64,000 nucleotides of DNA from the NCBI RefSeq assembly GCF_006345805.1, contig NC_043005.1, positions 84,630,001 to 84,694,000 of the forward strand, read 5' to 3'. Both the position numbers and the translations under genes were made by a program. Positions 12,740 through 26,330 of the stretch are shown in pieces (within the stretch, counting starts at the first letter, position 1; every line of letters begins with the position of its first letter). This stretch comes from Octopus sinensis (taxonomy: Eukaryota). A model generated the notes under the pieces. It saw nothing but the letters and a program-made list of their open reading frames with translations, was not told where the DNA came from and ran no database searches.

Positions 12740-13942
12740 TATTTGGTTGTCTAGGAGAGTGTCCGTGAATATGCATGTTGATGGGTGAGTGAATGTGTGC
12801 GCGTGTATAAGTGCATGTGTAGATGTGGGAGTGCATGGTGCTATGTAAAGTGTGTGCTTGTGTATGCACTTGTATACATGCATGATTGATGTGCGTGAGA
12901 TTGCACCCATTTTTTAAGGATGTATACGGTTTATTTATCTGTATGGTTGTGGGAGTGAATTTTGGTGTATATATTGAGGGTTTTATGTATGTATAGGTAT
13001 GTGTGAGTGGTGTGGGTATTAGTATATGTTGTGTGTGTGTGGGTTTAAGTGTGCGTATTTGTGTGTGAATGTATAGGTTAGGGGGATTGCTATATAGTAT
13101 GTTATAGTGTTTAGTAAAGGAGGTTTTATCACTATATGTATTTATGAGTTTTCGTTTATCATGGTAGTTTTATTAAAGAATTTGTAGTAATTTCTGTATA
13201 TTTAAGATGTTTGATATTTTATTACATTATTCCATTCATAATTTTTAAGTAATGTTCGTTTACCACGCGCAAAGGATTTTTAATTCCATATATTCCATTC
13301 ATAATTTTAAATGACGTTTTACATAGCGCGAAGACTTTTTATACATATGTTAAGTTCCTATGGTAACGTACTTTTGTTTGACGTTATAACGGCTAGAGTT
13401 TAATTTCACTTCATAAATTGAAACTGATTTGAAAGTATGTATATATTTTTTCTCCTTATGTTAATCTTGTACTTATGATATTCTGGTTAATTATGGAGTA
13501 TTTCTATATCGTATTATGTAGTAATGTTGTTTTTATTTTGAGTGTATGTATGTGTGAATGTGTGTGTGTGTGCGTATTTTGGTTGTGTAATTTATTTATC
13601 TGTATGAGTGTGGGGTGTTGAACATATTGTTGTATATATCGAGTTAGTACGTATGTATATGTATATGTGAGGGGGTTAAGTATAGTTGTGTGTGTGTGTT
13701 TTACGTATGTGTATTTGTGTGTGAATGTATATATGGAGATTGCTATATAGGTATTATTGTGTATGGTTAAAGGGAGTTTTATCATTATATGTATATATGG
13801 GTTCATTTATCATGATGATATTGATGATTTGGATAAATTACGTTGATTATTATATTATTCCATTCATAATTTTTAAAAATACGTTCGATCACCACGTGTA
13901 AAGAATTGTTTATTTTTCTTTTGAGTGTTTATGTATATGTGA

Positions 13943-13974
<32 letters not shown>

Positions 13975-14580
13975 TTGTTTGCGTAATTTATTTATCTGTA
14001 TAGATGTGGGTGTGAATATATTGGAGTATATATCGAGTTCTGTATGTTTGTATATGTATGTGTGAGCGGGTATATGTATATTGTTTATGTATGTGGGTTG
14101 TATGTGTGTGTGAGGGAGTATGAATAAGTAATGTGTTGAAGTATTTGGCTATTTTATTTATTTATCGTTGCCTAGACGTTTTTATGTGTATGTATAGGGA
14201 TATATATATAGGTGTGTGAGTTAGTGTATGTATTTAGATATGGTTATATATAGTAGTTATAAGTGATGCGTATGTGTGTATATATAGTTTATTTTTATTT
14301 TGTTTATATTTAATTGTTGATAGGGTTTATTTTAGATTATATATTGATTATATATGGATTATATATAGGTTATATATAGATATATATTTATATTTTTATT
14401 ATTTTAAAATTATTTAAAATTATTTTAACTTATATTTTAATATATTGATATTTAGATCGGAAATCCACCTGAAGATTGTCATTAGACATGAAACAATTGT
14501 AGTGGCGGGGTTTTTTTTACTTTTTATTAAATTTTATGTATGATTAAGTCTTTCCTTGTTTGTTTTGCAAAATAGTGGTT
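12740..14580 (+). mobile_element. GT-rich putative non-autonomous Penelope-like element with diverged internal duplications, ending in a hammerhead-bearing pLTR
   Basis: Blocks at ~12930-13330, ~13590-13910 and ~13985-14110 are diverged copies; HHR at 14465-14505. Confidence 0.45.
14465..14505 (+). ncRNA. Minimal type I hammerhead ribozyme, canonical core
   Basis: CCAC-CTGAAGA-T TGTC(atta)GACA T-GAAAC-AATT-GTA-GTGG; palindromic stem III ACAATTGT. Confidence 0.8.
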
Positions 14581-14597
14581 TTGTCTCTAATTAATAT

Positions 14598-14628
<31 letters not shown>

Positions 14629-14892
14629 ATTATATATAATATATATATAATATATATATATATACATATACAATCATGTCTGACTATTAAGGTGAAGCGG
14701 CTGACCTCCCCTGTTCGAAGTTTGTAATGGACGCAGGTTCGTGTGTCAAATAGCTAGCTAGAGGCGATGGCCTCTTGGAGCTAATCAGCGACAGCTTTAG
14801 TCTTATATTTATAGACTACCATATTAGTATGGCGATAACTATTAATATTCAGTAACGCTGCCGTAATCTCTTTACGATGATGATGATGATGA

Positions 14893-14930
<38 letters not shown>

Positions 14931-14973
14931 ATAATATATGTATATATATAAATATATATATATATATTTATAT

Positions 14974-15135
14974 ACGACGAACTTCTTTCAGTTTCTGTCT
15001 ACCAAGTCCACTCACAAGACTTCGGTCGGCCCGAAGCTATAGTAGAAGACACTTGGCCAAGGTGCCATGCTGTGGGACTGGACCTGGAACCATGTGGTTT
15101 GTAAGCAAGATACTTGCAACACAACCACTCCTCTG
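14974..15135 (-). mobile_element. SINE family A, 5' half
   Basis: Matches 4225-4385. Confidence 0.8.
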
Positions 15136-15289
15136 CCTATGAACACAAATAAATAACAAGAAAAAATTAGGCCTTGTTTATAAAAGAATTTTCGATCTGG
15201 TTTTGCACCCCTTAATCAAATTTCATTTCCAAGCTAGGGGCAGTCATAGGAAAGGGAGTTTGGATGAAGAAATGATGATGGGACACACA

Positions 15290-15485
15290 TGAGGTGGAGG
15301 CACAGTCCTGGCAGTGGCGTGGGTTGCAGCTATGATTCAAAGGCATAGGTGAGGAGTCTGAGTGTATGAAAGATTGAATGAGCGTACCCACTTTAGCCAG
15401 CGACATGTACAAAGGTGAAGAGTAGGTGCATATGAGCAAGCATGGTTGGTGATGGGAAAGGCATCCAGCCATCGAGAATCTGGAC

Positions 15486-15515
<30 letters not shown>
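15290..15515 (+). mobile_element. Diverged RTE-type 3' tail
   Basis: GGTTGGTGATGGGAAAGGCATCCAGCC followed by (GAT)n. Confidence 0.55.
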
Positions 15516-15516
<1 letters not shown>

Positions 15517-16090
15517 GTGATAATGACAATGATAATCGTGGTGATGGTGATGATGGTGACGATGGCGACAATCATATTTATTATAACTTAAACATAATAA
15601 TTTAATTAAATTTTTAAAATATAGCTTCTAATCACTCATGTTTACTAAACAGCTTAATTAAAATTCTCATTTAATTAGACGTGTTCATAATATTATAACT
15701 TAACGTAATGATGTAGTTGTGTATCTCTGTGTGTGTATGTATGTGCGTGTGTGTGTGTGAAAGAGAGTGTGTGTATGTATTGTAATGTATGTGTCAATGT
15801 TTTATGTGCATGTGCATATGTGTGATTGTGTGCATGTATGCGTATTTGTATGTGTGGTGTATGCATGTATATGAGAATATGTGAATATGACGAATGGGTG
15901 TGTGTGTGTTTGTTTGTCTGTGTTTGTGAGTTTGTGTGTCTATGTGTGTATGCACATGTGTGTGTGTGATGTGAGTGTGTGTATGTGTGTGTGGAGTGAT
16001 GTTTGCATCAAAATTTTATGTGTATATATGTGCATGTCAGTGTGTTCATGTGTATGTATGTGTATGCTGATGAGTGTATATCTGTATGTT

Positions 16091-16131
<41 letters not shown>

Positions 16132-16486
16132 CAGAATAAATTCTCAAATTGGAGGAGTCCAGTAAAGATAACCTTCAAAGGTTGACAGAATGACCAGCTC
16201 CACTACCCTACCCCCACCAGCTCGCACCACTGGCCCCCTCCAGCTCCCTTGACTCCTCCTGACGGAAGTTGCTGAAGTCCCAGTAATGCAGCCTGGTTTA
16301 TGTGAACAACGAGATTGAAGTGAAGCGGGTGACACAGCTGTAACAGCTCTCCCGAGAAGGGATTCGTCATCTGACAAGCATCACTTTCACCACACACACA
16401 CTCACGCACACATGCACCACACACATACAAACACACATGCAAACACACACACATGCATATACTATATATATGTATGTATGTTATAC

Positions 16487-16561
<75 letters not shown>

Positions 16562-16714
16562 CATACATACATAATACATATATATATACATATATAACAT
16601 TTATGCCAGACACACTCACTCACACACACATGCATATACATACATATATATGTATATATATATGTATGTATATATATATATATATACATATGTATGTATA
16701 TACATATATATATA

Positions 16715-18845
16715 TCATCATCATCATCATCATCATTTAACGTCCGCTTTCCATGCTAGCATGGGTTGGACGGTTCAACTGGGGTCTGGGGAGCCCGAAA
16801 GCTGCACCAGTCCAGTCAGATCTGGCAGTGTTTCTACAGCTGGATGCCCTTCCTAACGCCAACCACTCCGAGAGTGTAGTGGGTGATTTTATGTGCCACC
16901 GACACAGGTGCCAGACGAGGCTGACAAACGGCCACGCTCGGATGGTTTTTTATGTGCCACCGACACAGGTGCCAGACGAGGCTGGCAGACGGCCACGCTC
17001 GGATGGTGTTTTTTATGTGCCACCGACACAGTGCCAGACGAGGCTGGCAGACGGCCATGCTCGGATGGTGTGTTTTATGTGCCACCGACACAGGTGCCAG
17101 ACGAGGCTGGCAGACGACGGCCATGCTCGGATGGTGTTTTTATGTGCCACCGACACAGGAGCCAGATGAGGCTGGCAAACGGCCACGATCGGATGGTGCT
17201 TGTTACGTGCCCACAGCACGGAGCCAGTCGATGCGGTACTGGCTACGGCCACGTTCGGATGGTTTTCTTATGTGCCACGTGCCACCGGCACTGGTACCAC
17301 AAAGATACAATTCCATTGATGTTCATCTATTTTGATTTGATTTGATTTGATTTGATTTTAACTTGATTTCCTCCTCAACAGGTCTTCACAAGTGTCACAA
17401 GAAGGAAGGTATGCACAGGTGGACTGACTACGTCCCAGGTAGGGGCCATGGTTATGACCTGACTAGTCTTGCCGGGTCTTCGGATGGTGTTTTTATTGTG
17501 CACCGACACAGGTGCTAGATGAGGCTGGTGAACGGCCACGATCGGATGGTGTTTGTCATGTGCCCACCGCACTGACTACGGCACTGATGGATTTCTTGTG
17601 TGCCACAGGCACTGGTACCACAAGATACAAATTCCATTGATGTTCATCTATTTTGTCTATTTTGATTTGATTTGATTTGATTTTCACTTGGCCTCAACCG
17701 GTCTTCACAAGTGTCACAAGAAGGAAGGAAGGTATGCACAGGTGAACTGACTAGTCTTGCCGGTCTTCGGAAGGTGTTTTTATGTGCCACCGACACAGGT
17801 GCCAGATGAGGCTGGCGAACGGCCATGATCGGATGGTGTTTGTTACGTGCCCACAGCACGGAGGCCGGTCGATGCGGAACTGGCTACGGCCACGTTCGGA
17901 TGGTTCTCATGTGTGCCACCGGCACTGGTACCACAAAGTGTGTGCCACCGGCACTGGTACCACAAAGATACAGATTCCATTGATGTTCATTCTATTTTGA
18001 TTTGTTTTGATTTGATTTGATTTTCACCTTGCCTCAACAGGTCTTCACAAGTGTCACAAGAAGGAAGTTATGCACAGGTGGACTGACTACGTCCCAGGTA
18101 GGGGCCATGGGTTATGGCCTGACTAGTCTTGCCGGGTCTTCGGATGGTGTGTTTATGTGCCACCGACACAGGTGCTAGATGAGGCTGGCGAACGGCCACG
18201 ATCGGATGGCCAGTGATGCGGTACTGACTACGGCCACGTTCGGATGGATTCTTGTGTGCCACCGGCACTGGTACCACAAGCGGTACTGACTACGGCCACG
18301 TTCGGATGGATTCTTGTGTGCCACCGGCACTGGTACCACAAGCGGTACTGACTACGGCCACGTTCGGATGGATTCTTTGTGCCACTGGCACTGGTACCAC
18401 AAGGATACAAATTCCATTGATGTTCATCTATTTTGATTTGTTTTGATTTGATTTGATTTTCACTTGCCTCAGCAGGTCTTCACAAGTCAGAAGGTATGTA
18501 CAGGTGGACTGACTACGTCCCAGGTAGGGCCCACGGGTTATGACCTGACTAGTCTTGCCGGGTCTTCGGATGGTGTTTTTATGTGCCACCATGTTCCCAC
18601 AGCACGGAGGCCAGTCGATGCGGTACTGGCTTAGCCACGTTCGGATGGTTTTCTTGTGTGCCACAGGCACTGGTACCACAAAGATACAAATTCCATTGAT
18701 GTTCATCTATTTTGATTGATTTTCACTTGCCTCAGCAGGTCTTCACAAGTGTCACAAGAAGGAAGGTATGCACAGGTGGATCGACTACGTCCCAGGTAGG
18801 GGCCACGGGATATGGCGTGACTAGTCCTGCCGGTCCTCTCATGCA
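16715..18845 (-). repeat. RTE 3' tail expanded into a nested tandem array of 3'-UTR modules
   Basis: Canonical tail at 16715-16880, five ~60-bp units at 16886-17190, then repeated ~300-450-bp higher-order units and three 62-bp units starting at 18218, 18280 and 18342. Confidence 0.9.
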
Positions 18846-18875
18846 CAGCACACTTCATATCTATATATCTATCTA

Positions 18876-18913
<38 letters not shown>

Positions 18914-18925
18914 CATATATATATA

Positions 18926-18958
<33 letters not shown>

Positions 18959-19436
18959 GTACCATATATGATTTTATACACAGACACACACACACGCACA
19001 CGTATATTTCCCTGTGTTTGTGTATATATTCGTGTATGTGCGTATATATATATATGTGTGTGTGTATATATATACATATATGTACACTCGTATATGCATA
19101 CATATATACATACGTATCTACATTTATATGTACGTATACTTAAAAGATTTTGCGAAAGATACCTTATACAGTCACAATATTTGAAGAAAGATTCTCTTGA
19201 CTCTTTAGCATTTAGTTTAAACTGGCCACATCCAGTTCAAACCAAGCAGATCCAGTCTCTCACACCTACCTTACAATGTCATTCTAAAAATAAACAATCC
19301 GATTGTAGAAATCTAGAAAGTGCAAAACAATGCACTTTTGATGCAGGATTAATTCAAAACAGTGTGCATAAATGAACATCACACTTGACTGAGAGTCATC
19401 TGCATGCTATAGTGTCAAAATGGAAATTATTGACTA

Positions 19437-19955
19437 TTGTAAATCTTCGAGTATAATCCACATTTTTTTCCTCAAATTTAAAGGTCAAAATCCCTAGTGC
19501 ATAGTATATACGAGGTTAAAAATTTAAAATATTTTCTAAGCAATGTCTGAGTCTCTATTTGCTGTCCAGCAATGTTTATTCAGACGCATTTTGTGAGTCG
19601 AGCACAAAAATACCTTAAGCTAAGCCTGAAAGCAATGAAGTCATAAAAGAATCATCCATAACTTGCAGTAAGCAACATTCATTAAAATAAAAGTTTTCAG
19701 AACACAGAATAACATGTAACAAAAACAATTTGCAAACATATTTACATTCCCATATAACAGTTAAGAACATCACCATTATTGTATTACGCATGCGTGGAAG
19801 TGTTTGTTTGACTAGGTGCTGCTGGCTTAATTACGCTCGACTCAAGTTAGAGAAAGGGTGCGTATTATACACAATGTTTAGGTTTTTCAGAGGTACAACC
19901 CCCTAAAACCCCCGTGTATTATACTCAAGGGCAGACTATACTCAAGGATTTACGG
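19437..19955. mobile_element. Tc1/mariner-superfamily (pogo/Tigger-like) MITE
   Basis: TA-flanked TIRs TTGTAAATCTTCGAGTATAATC and CCGTAAATCCTTGAGTATAGTC; no ORF. Confidence 0.65.
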
Positions 19956-20369
19956 TATTTATGAAATGTCTCAGAAAACCAGGACATCCCTGTATCTCCT
20001 CTGATTTATTGCTCTCTGTTCATCCACCCTTCATCCTTAAACCATTCTAGCATTCCAACTTCCCTTTTTCCTCCCCTCATTCTCTTTCCCATACAAACTT
20101 TCAAACCAATTCATCAGGTCACCCTGTGTCCCGTTGGGGCCCCTAAACCACAGTGTTGCCATTATCTATCTCTTGCAGGTCCCTACTGATGGTTTTTTTC
20201 TTTCTCGCCCCTTCTCTTACAAGATGTGAGAAGCCATGCAGATCTCCTACAAGAACTTGCACTGCCCCCACTCCGTCCATCTCCACTTCTCATAGTTCAA
20301 TTCCTTTTTCCCCCAGCATGAAACTGACCCCTACCCAAAGAGTTTTGTAGTTCTGCAAACTGCATGGTA

Positions 20370-20555
20370 ACCGCAATAGTGCCAGTGGAATGAAAAAGAA
20401 AGCATTCAATCCACACTGTGAAGTGGTTAGCATGAGGAAGGGCATCCAGCTGTTGAAACCCTGCCAAAGTAGGCACTGGAGCACGATGCCGTCCTTGGAC
20501 CCAGAGGGTCCTGTCAAACTGTCCAACCCATACCTGTACGGAAAAATGATGATGA
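20370..20555 (+). mobile_element. RTE 3' tail, diverged
   Basis: GTGGTTAGCATGAGGAAGGGCATCCAGCTG...CCAACCCATAC...GATGATG. Confidence 0.65.
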
Positions 20556-20824
20556 AGACACCTGATTGTTGCAACTCAGTTTGAAACAATGCCATCACTT
20601 GATTGTTCTAAGCCATGTGGATGTGGCATTTCAGTTCTGCTAGGGACCTACACTCTCTTGCCCAGATGTGACCACAATGGGTAACTCTTGCAGGATGGGT
20701 TCAGTGAGTTAGCACCCATATTGATACATGTCTTCATTCCATCATGGAAGTTTCCATTGGCCATTTTGTCCTTTTTGGTTAAGCCTGCCCATAGCATGCA
20801 ATGCTTAACAGAGATATTTAAAAT

Positions 20825-21475
20825 CATTCTACATACACGCATACATACATGCGTACATACATGCATACATACAAGCATATATAGATACATGCATACATAC
20901 ATGCATGCATACATACATGCAAGCATGCATACATACATGCATTCATGAATACATGCATACATACACACATACATATACACATACATACATTCATGCATAC
21001 ATCCATACATACATAAATACATGCATACACATATGCACAGACATACATATATACATACATACATACATGCATACATACATACATACATATATACATACAA
21101 GCATATATACACACATACATATATACATGCATGCATAATACATACATACATACATGCATTCATGAATACATACATACATGCATGCATGCATACATGCATA
21201 CATCTCAATACATAAATCACATATATACATACATATATATATATGTATATATATATATATACATATATATATATGTATATATATAATATATGTATATATA
21301 TATATGTATATACATATATATGTATATATATATATTATATATATATATATTATATATATATAAGATGTATATACATATATATGTATATATATTTATATTA
21401 TATATTATATATATATATATATATATAATATATATATAATATAATATATATATGTATGTATATATATATATATAT
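20825..21475. repeat. (CATA/CATG/TA)n microsatellite
   Basis: Direct. Confidence 0.95.
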
Positions 21476-21951
21476 CATTTTGCTTCCACCTAGTGATACT
21501 AATAAACTGGTATTAGAATGCATTATATCCGTATGCTTCTGGACAAATCATCAATCGAGTACAGAGCAGTAATAAGAAATTAATTAAATGAGAAACAGAA
21601 TAAGAAACTGTCATGAAGTGCATTAGCTTACAGCTGTTTCTGCTGTTACCTGCAATGCACTTGTAGCTGAGTGCCTGACTAACATCATATAACTTCACTG
21701 GAGCTTCCAAAATGATGTGGGATGAAAAACAAAACCCGTCAAAGGGTGGAGGAACTCTTGGGAGTCAACGGCCATCCAATAAATATCTTAAGGCTGAATC
21801 AGGCATGTGTCATCAGTAATTACTTCGGGCAGGCAGTTGGTGGCATTTATGTAGTAAAGGGCACAAAATAAAATAAGGGAAACACAACTGCATGACTGAG
21901 TTGAAGGCAGATTTACTTCTGCCTTTATAGCATGTAAAGAAAACGTTCTTG

Positions 21952-22078
21952 TAGGTTCCGGGTTCAGTCCCACTGCGTGGCATCTTGGGCAAGTGTCTTC
22001 TGCTATAGCCCTGGGCCGACCAATGCCTTGTGAGTGGATTTGGTAGACGGAAACTGAAAGAAGCCTGTCGTATATATG

Positions 22079-22149
<71 letters not shown>

Positions 22150-22370
22150 AAGTGTGTGTGTATATGTTTGTGTGTCTGTGTTTGTCCTCCTAGCATTGCT
22201 TGACAACCGATGCTGGTGTGTTTACGTCCCTGTCACTTAGCGGTTCGGCAAAAGAGACCGATAGAATAAGTACTGGACTTACAAAAGAATAAGTCCCGGG
22301 GTTGATTTGCTCGACTAAAGGCGGTGCTCCAGCATGGCCGCAGTCAAATAACTGAAACAAGTAAAAGAGT
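21952..22370 (+). mobile_element. SINE family A with internal (TA)n expansion
   Basis: Reverse complement of 4009-4350. Confidence 0.85.
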
Positions 22371-22702
22371 AGCAGTTCTATGCATAGCTTAAATACTGGG
22401 ATTGAAAAGCAAGGGCGAATTTTGCCTACCTAATCTACAAAAAAAAAAAGAAAAAAATAATTTGCATTTTATGCAGTGTAATCAGAGTAACCTTCATAAT
22501 TTTATTGAATTAGGTGCATATTTTTCCCATAAAAGGAAAATATTGCTATTGGTCTATTTTATTCAGGGTAGGCACTGTCTACCTTGCCCACCCACGTGAC
22601 ATGTCCCTGATATGGATGTGTGTGTACAAATATAATATACATTTTCATACACATATTTGCATATCTTTAACTTGCATGCACACACACAAACACACACAAC
22701 CA

Positions 22703-22739
<37 letters not shown>

Positions 22740-22769
22740 ATTATTTCTATTTTATACAAACATATGCTT

Positions 22770-23030
22770 GTGGCATGTAAAAAAGCACCATTTGAGCGTG
22801 ACCGATGTCAGTGCCGCCTGACTGGCCCCCATGCTGGTGGCATGTAAAAAGCACCTGCTACACTTTCAGAGTGGTTGGCAATAGGAAGGGCATCCAGCTG
22901 TAGAAACCTTGCCAAATCAGATTGGAGCCTGGTGCTGCCTTCCGGCTTGCCAGTCATGAGTCAAACCGTCCAACCCATGCCAGCATGGCAAGCAGATGTT
23001 AAACGACAATGATGAAGATGATGATGATGA
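22770..23030 (+). mobile_element. RTE 3' tail
   Basis: Shared tail motifs and (GAT)n. Confidence 0.8.
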
Positions 23031-23049
23031 CATATAGATATATTTCTCA

Positions 23050-23385
23050 GACAATTTGCTCAATAAATAACCGGCGCTTTGTCGGTTACGACGATGAGGG
23101 TTTCAGTTGATCTGATCAATGGAACAGTCTGCCCGTTAAAGTAACATGTAAGTGGCTGAGTTACACCACAGACACGCGCACCCTTAATGTAGTCCTCAGG
23201 GAGATTCAGCCTGGCCCCTTTGAAAAACAGGTACAACTCCCTTTTGCCAGTTGAGTGGACTGGAGCAACGTGAAATAAAGTGTCTTGCTCAAGGACACAC
23301 CACACAACACCACTGGGAATTGAACTCATGACCATGCAATTGTAAGCCAAATATGTTCACCATTAAGCCATATGCCTTCATTAGA
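23050..23385 (-). mobile_element. tRNA-derived SINE (family C head, family B-type tail)
   Basis: Head with GTTCAATTCCCAG and GTGTCCTTGAGCAAGACACTTTATTTCACGTTGCTCCAG; tail as in 11980-12130. Confidence 0.75.
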
Positions 23386-23984
23386 TCAATAATATCCCAA
23401 TGCAATATCCCAATATTAAACACCTCACCACCCCCCCACAGCCGTCTTTCACTCAATAATGGCACTGAACATAATCAGCTCTCATTTTGTTTCTATTAAC
23501 TCAACATTTTATGTAGTAAATGGAGTATTACATATTTGTATAACGTTTTATGTATTACACTCTCAATAAACAGCAGACTTGAAAGACATCACAGATTTTG
23601 ACAAGCATCAAAACTGTCGTCATTTTTACCGAATTATACATGGATCTTTATGCATTTAATTAACATTTTTATAATGAATTGGGAATTGCTTGCTGTAAAT
23701 TTTTAATCAATAATTAATATTTATAGTCTCTTTTACTTTCGGCAGGCTCTGCATATTTTGCCTGCACAGACTGCACATCCCTGGGGTATATATGTCTGAT
23801 TGTTTGTCTGTCTGTTTGTCTGCCTGTCTGTCTGTCTATCTATTTCATAATCTCTCTCTATCTCATAACCCCCTCTATCTCATAACCCCCTCTATCTACC
23901 TTCATACCTGTGTACCTGTCCATTTATCTGTTGATCTGTCTTTCTATCTTTCTCTTTATTTCTCTCTGTATATATATATATATA

Positions 23985-25055
23985 TATATCATCATCATGA
24001 TCGTTTAATGTCTGTTTTCCATGCTAGCATAGGTTGGACAGTTCGACCAGCTGCACCAGGCTCCAGTCTAATCTAGCAGTGTTTCTACAGCTGGATGCCC
24101 TTCCTAATGCTTTTTACATGGGTGCTTTTTATGTGCCACCAGCACAGGGGCCAGGGGAGGCTGGCATACGGCCACAATCAGTTGGTGTTTTTACATGTCA
24201 CTGACACGGACGCCAGTCAGATGGTGCTGGCATCTGCCACGTTCGGACGGTGCTTTTTACGTGTCATTGGCATGGGTATCTTAACTACAATTTCCATTCG
24301 ATTTTTATTTTGATGTTGGTGTTGACGTACTTGACTCAATAGGTCTCCTCAAGAACAGCGGGTCACTCTACGATCCAAGGTTAGCACAGCAGGCCATCCT
24401 GCGAGCCATGAACTCACTTCACAGTCACAGCATATCTCAGAGGTCTCTGTCTTCGTCATTTCCTCTGTGAGGTCCCACCGGCACGGGTATCACAACTACG
24501 ATATCCATTCGATTTTCATTTTGATGTTGATGTACTTGACACAATAGGACTCCTCAAGCACAGCAGGCCATCCTGCAAGCCATGAACTCACTTCATTTGT
24601 CAGAGGTCTCTGTCTTTCATCATAGCCTCTGTGAGGCCCAATGTATGAAGGTCATGCTCGACCACTTCGTCCCAGGTCTTCCTAGGTCTACCTGGGTACC
24701 TTCAACAGTTTGGGAGTGGCACTTCTTCACACATCTCTCCTCATCCATCCGTAGTACATGACCATACCAACGCAAACGTCTCTCCTGCATGCTGTATCCA
24801 ATGCTCCTTATGTTCAACATTTCTCTCAGGGAGCTTACACTCTGTCGTGCATAGACACTGACATTGCACATCCAGTGGATCATGCTAGCTTCATTTCTTT
24901 CGAGCCTACGCATGTCCTCCACAGTCACAGCCCATGTTTCACTGCCATGAAGCATGGCAGTTCACACACATGCGTCATACAATCTACCTTTCACTCTGAG
25001 CGAGAGACCCTTTGTCGCCAGTAGAGGAAGAAGCTTTCTAAACTTTGCCCAGGCT

Positions 25056-25058
<3 letters not shown>
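23985..25058 (-). mobile_element. 5'-truncated RTE LINE (ORF C-terminus plus 3' UTR)
   Basis: RIAWAKFRKLLPLL...MLHGSETWAVTVEDMRRLERNEASM...RRLRWYGHVLRMDEER, homologous to 32221-32730. Confidence 0.9.
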
Positions 25059-25100
<42 letters not shown>

Positions 25101-25129
25101 ATATATATATATATATAAACATATATACT

Positions 25130-25387
25130 CGCAGCAAGTATAGATGGGCTGGACACGTCGCCTGGCTCACCGATAATCGGTGGACGCACGCACTTGTCGA
25201 GTGGTACCCGCGTGAGCGGAAAAGACCACCTGGAAGACCTCCACGACGGTGGAGTGACGATTTCAGAGGACGATTGGGATCACGTCGATGAGAAAGGTGC
25301 GATCCAGAGAGGAGTGGACAGCGTGCTGTGACCAGCGGTGTCAAATGGACATCTGATGGACTGGTCGGTCAAAGTGATTAAAGTGAT
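25130..25387 (+). mobile_element. 3' end of a second RTE family
   Basis: RWAGHVAWLTDNRWTHALVEWYPRERKRPPGRPPRRW, a typical RTE C-terminus; (AAGTGATT) tail. Confidence 0.75.
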
Positions 25388-25394
25388 ATATATG

Positions 25395-25730
25395 CGCATG
25401 GCTCAGTGGTTAGAGCGTCGAGCTTACGATCGTGAGGTTGTGAGCTCGAATCCCGGACCGGGCTGCGTTTTGTGTTCTTGAGCAAAGCACTTTATTTCAC
25501 GTTGCTCCAGTTCACTCAGCTGTAGAAATGAGTTGCGACGTCACTGCTGCCAAGCTGTATCGACCTTTGTCTTTCCCTTGAATAACACTAGTGGCGTGGA
25601 GAGGGGAGGCTGGTATGCATGGGTGACTGCTGGTCTTCCATAAACAACCTTGCCCGGACTTGTGTCTAGGAGGGTAACTTTCTAGGTGCAATCCCATGGT
25701 CATTCATGACCGAAGGGGGTCTTTACCCTT
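25395..25730 (+). mobile_element. tRNA-derived SINE (family C)
   Basis: TGGCTCAGTGGTTAGAGCG (A box), GCTCGAATCC (B box), central TTGAGCAAAGCACTTTATTTCACGTTGCTCCAG. Confidence 0.85.
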
Positions 25731-25936
25731 TATATATATATATATAAATATCTATATACATATATATATATGTATATACATATATTAGAAGGAATGAGGT
25801 ACTCAGAAATTCAGATGGTTTTATATTTACAGATATTTATTTGTATATTACATGTTTTTATACATCATATAACTTAGATCATGTATTAGCGCTTTCTCCA
25901 TTCTAGTGGGGTTTTCAAATCAAACTATATATATAT

Positions 25937-26330
25937 ACTAGCAGTATCGCCCGGCGTTGCTCAGGTTTGTAAGGGAAATAACTATAAAGCATTTTTAGAG
26001 AGTTATAGCCAAAAAATAGCAAAAAAATGGAAAAAAATGGTAAATTTTTTTTTTTGAGAGTTAAAAAGGTCGAGTTGCGTCCCCTAGACAGTCTGTGGTT
26101 TGTGTTTCTGATTCTCGACCCCATATCGAATTTATCGATTTTTTTTCAGAACTGGGGGAATTTCTCAAAATTTTCGCTGCGTTAGTTTTGAATTATGACA
26201 TTGGGCTATGTGTGTGTCAAGTTTCATCAGAATCGGTTGAAAGCCGTGGTCAGGGTGAGGGTGCAACCTAACAGACACACAGACACGCAGACAGACAAAC
26301 TGCCGTTTATATATATATATATATATATAT
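25937..26330 (-). mobile_element. Non-autonomous Helitron-like element
   Basis: Minus strand starts TATATATAAACGGCAGTTTGTCTG with a (CTGT) tract and ends ...GAGCAACGCCGGGCGATACTGCTAG-T (subterminal GC stem plus CTAG). Confidence 0.7.

Noticed and set aside
16886-18845. CRISPR-like appearance of hairpin repeats
   Set aside because: Eukaryotic context, no unique spacers, no cas genes; the units are RTE 3'-UTR modules
25395-25470. tRNA gene-like sequences at SINE heads (also at 12290-12368 and 48270-48360)
   Set aside because: They continue into SINE bodies and lack a complete cloverleaf or acceptor stem
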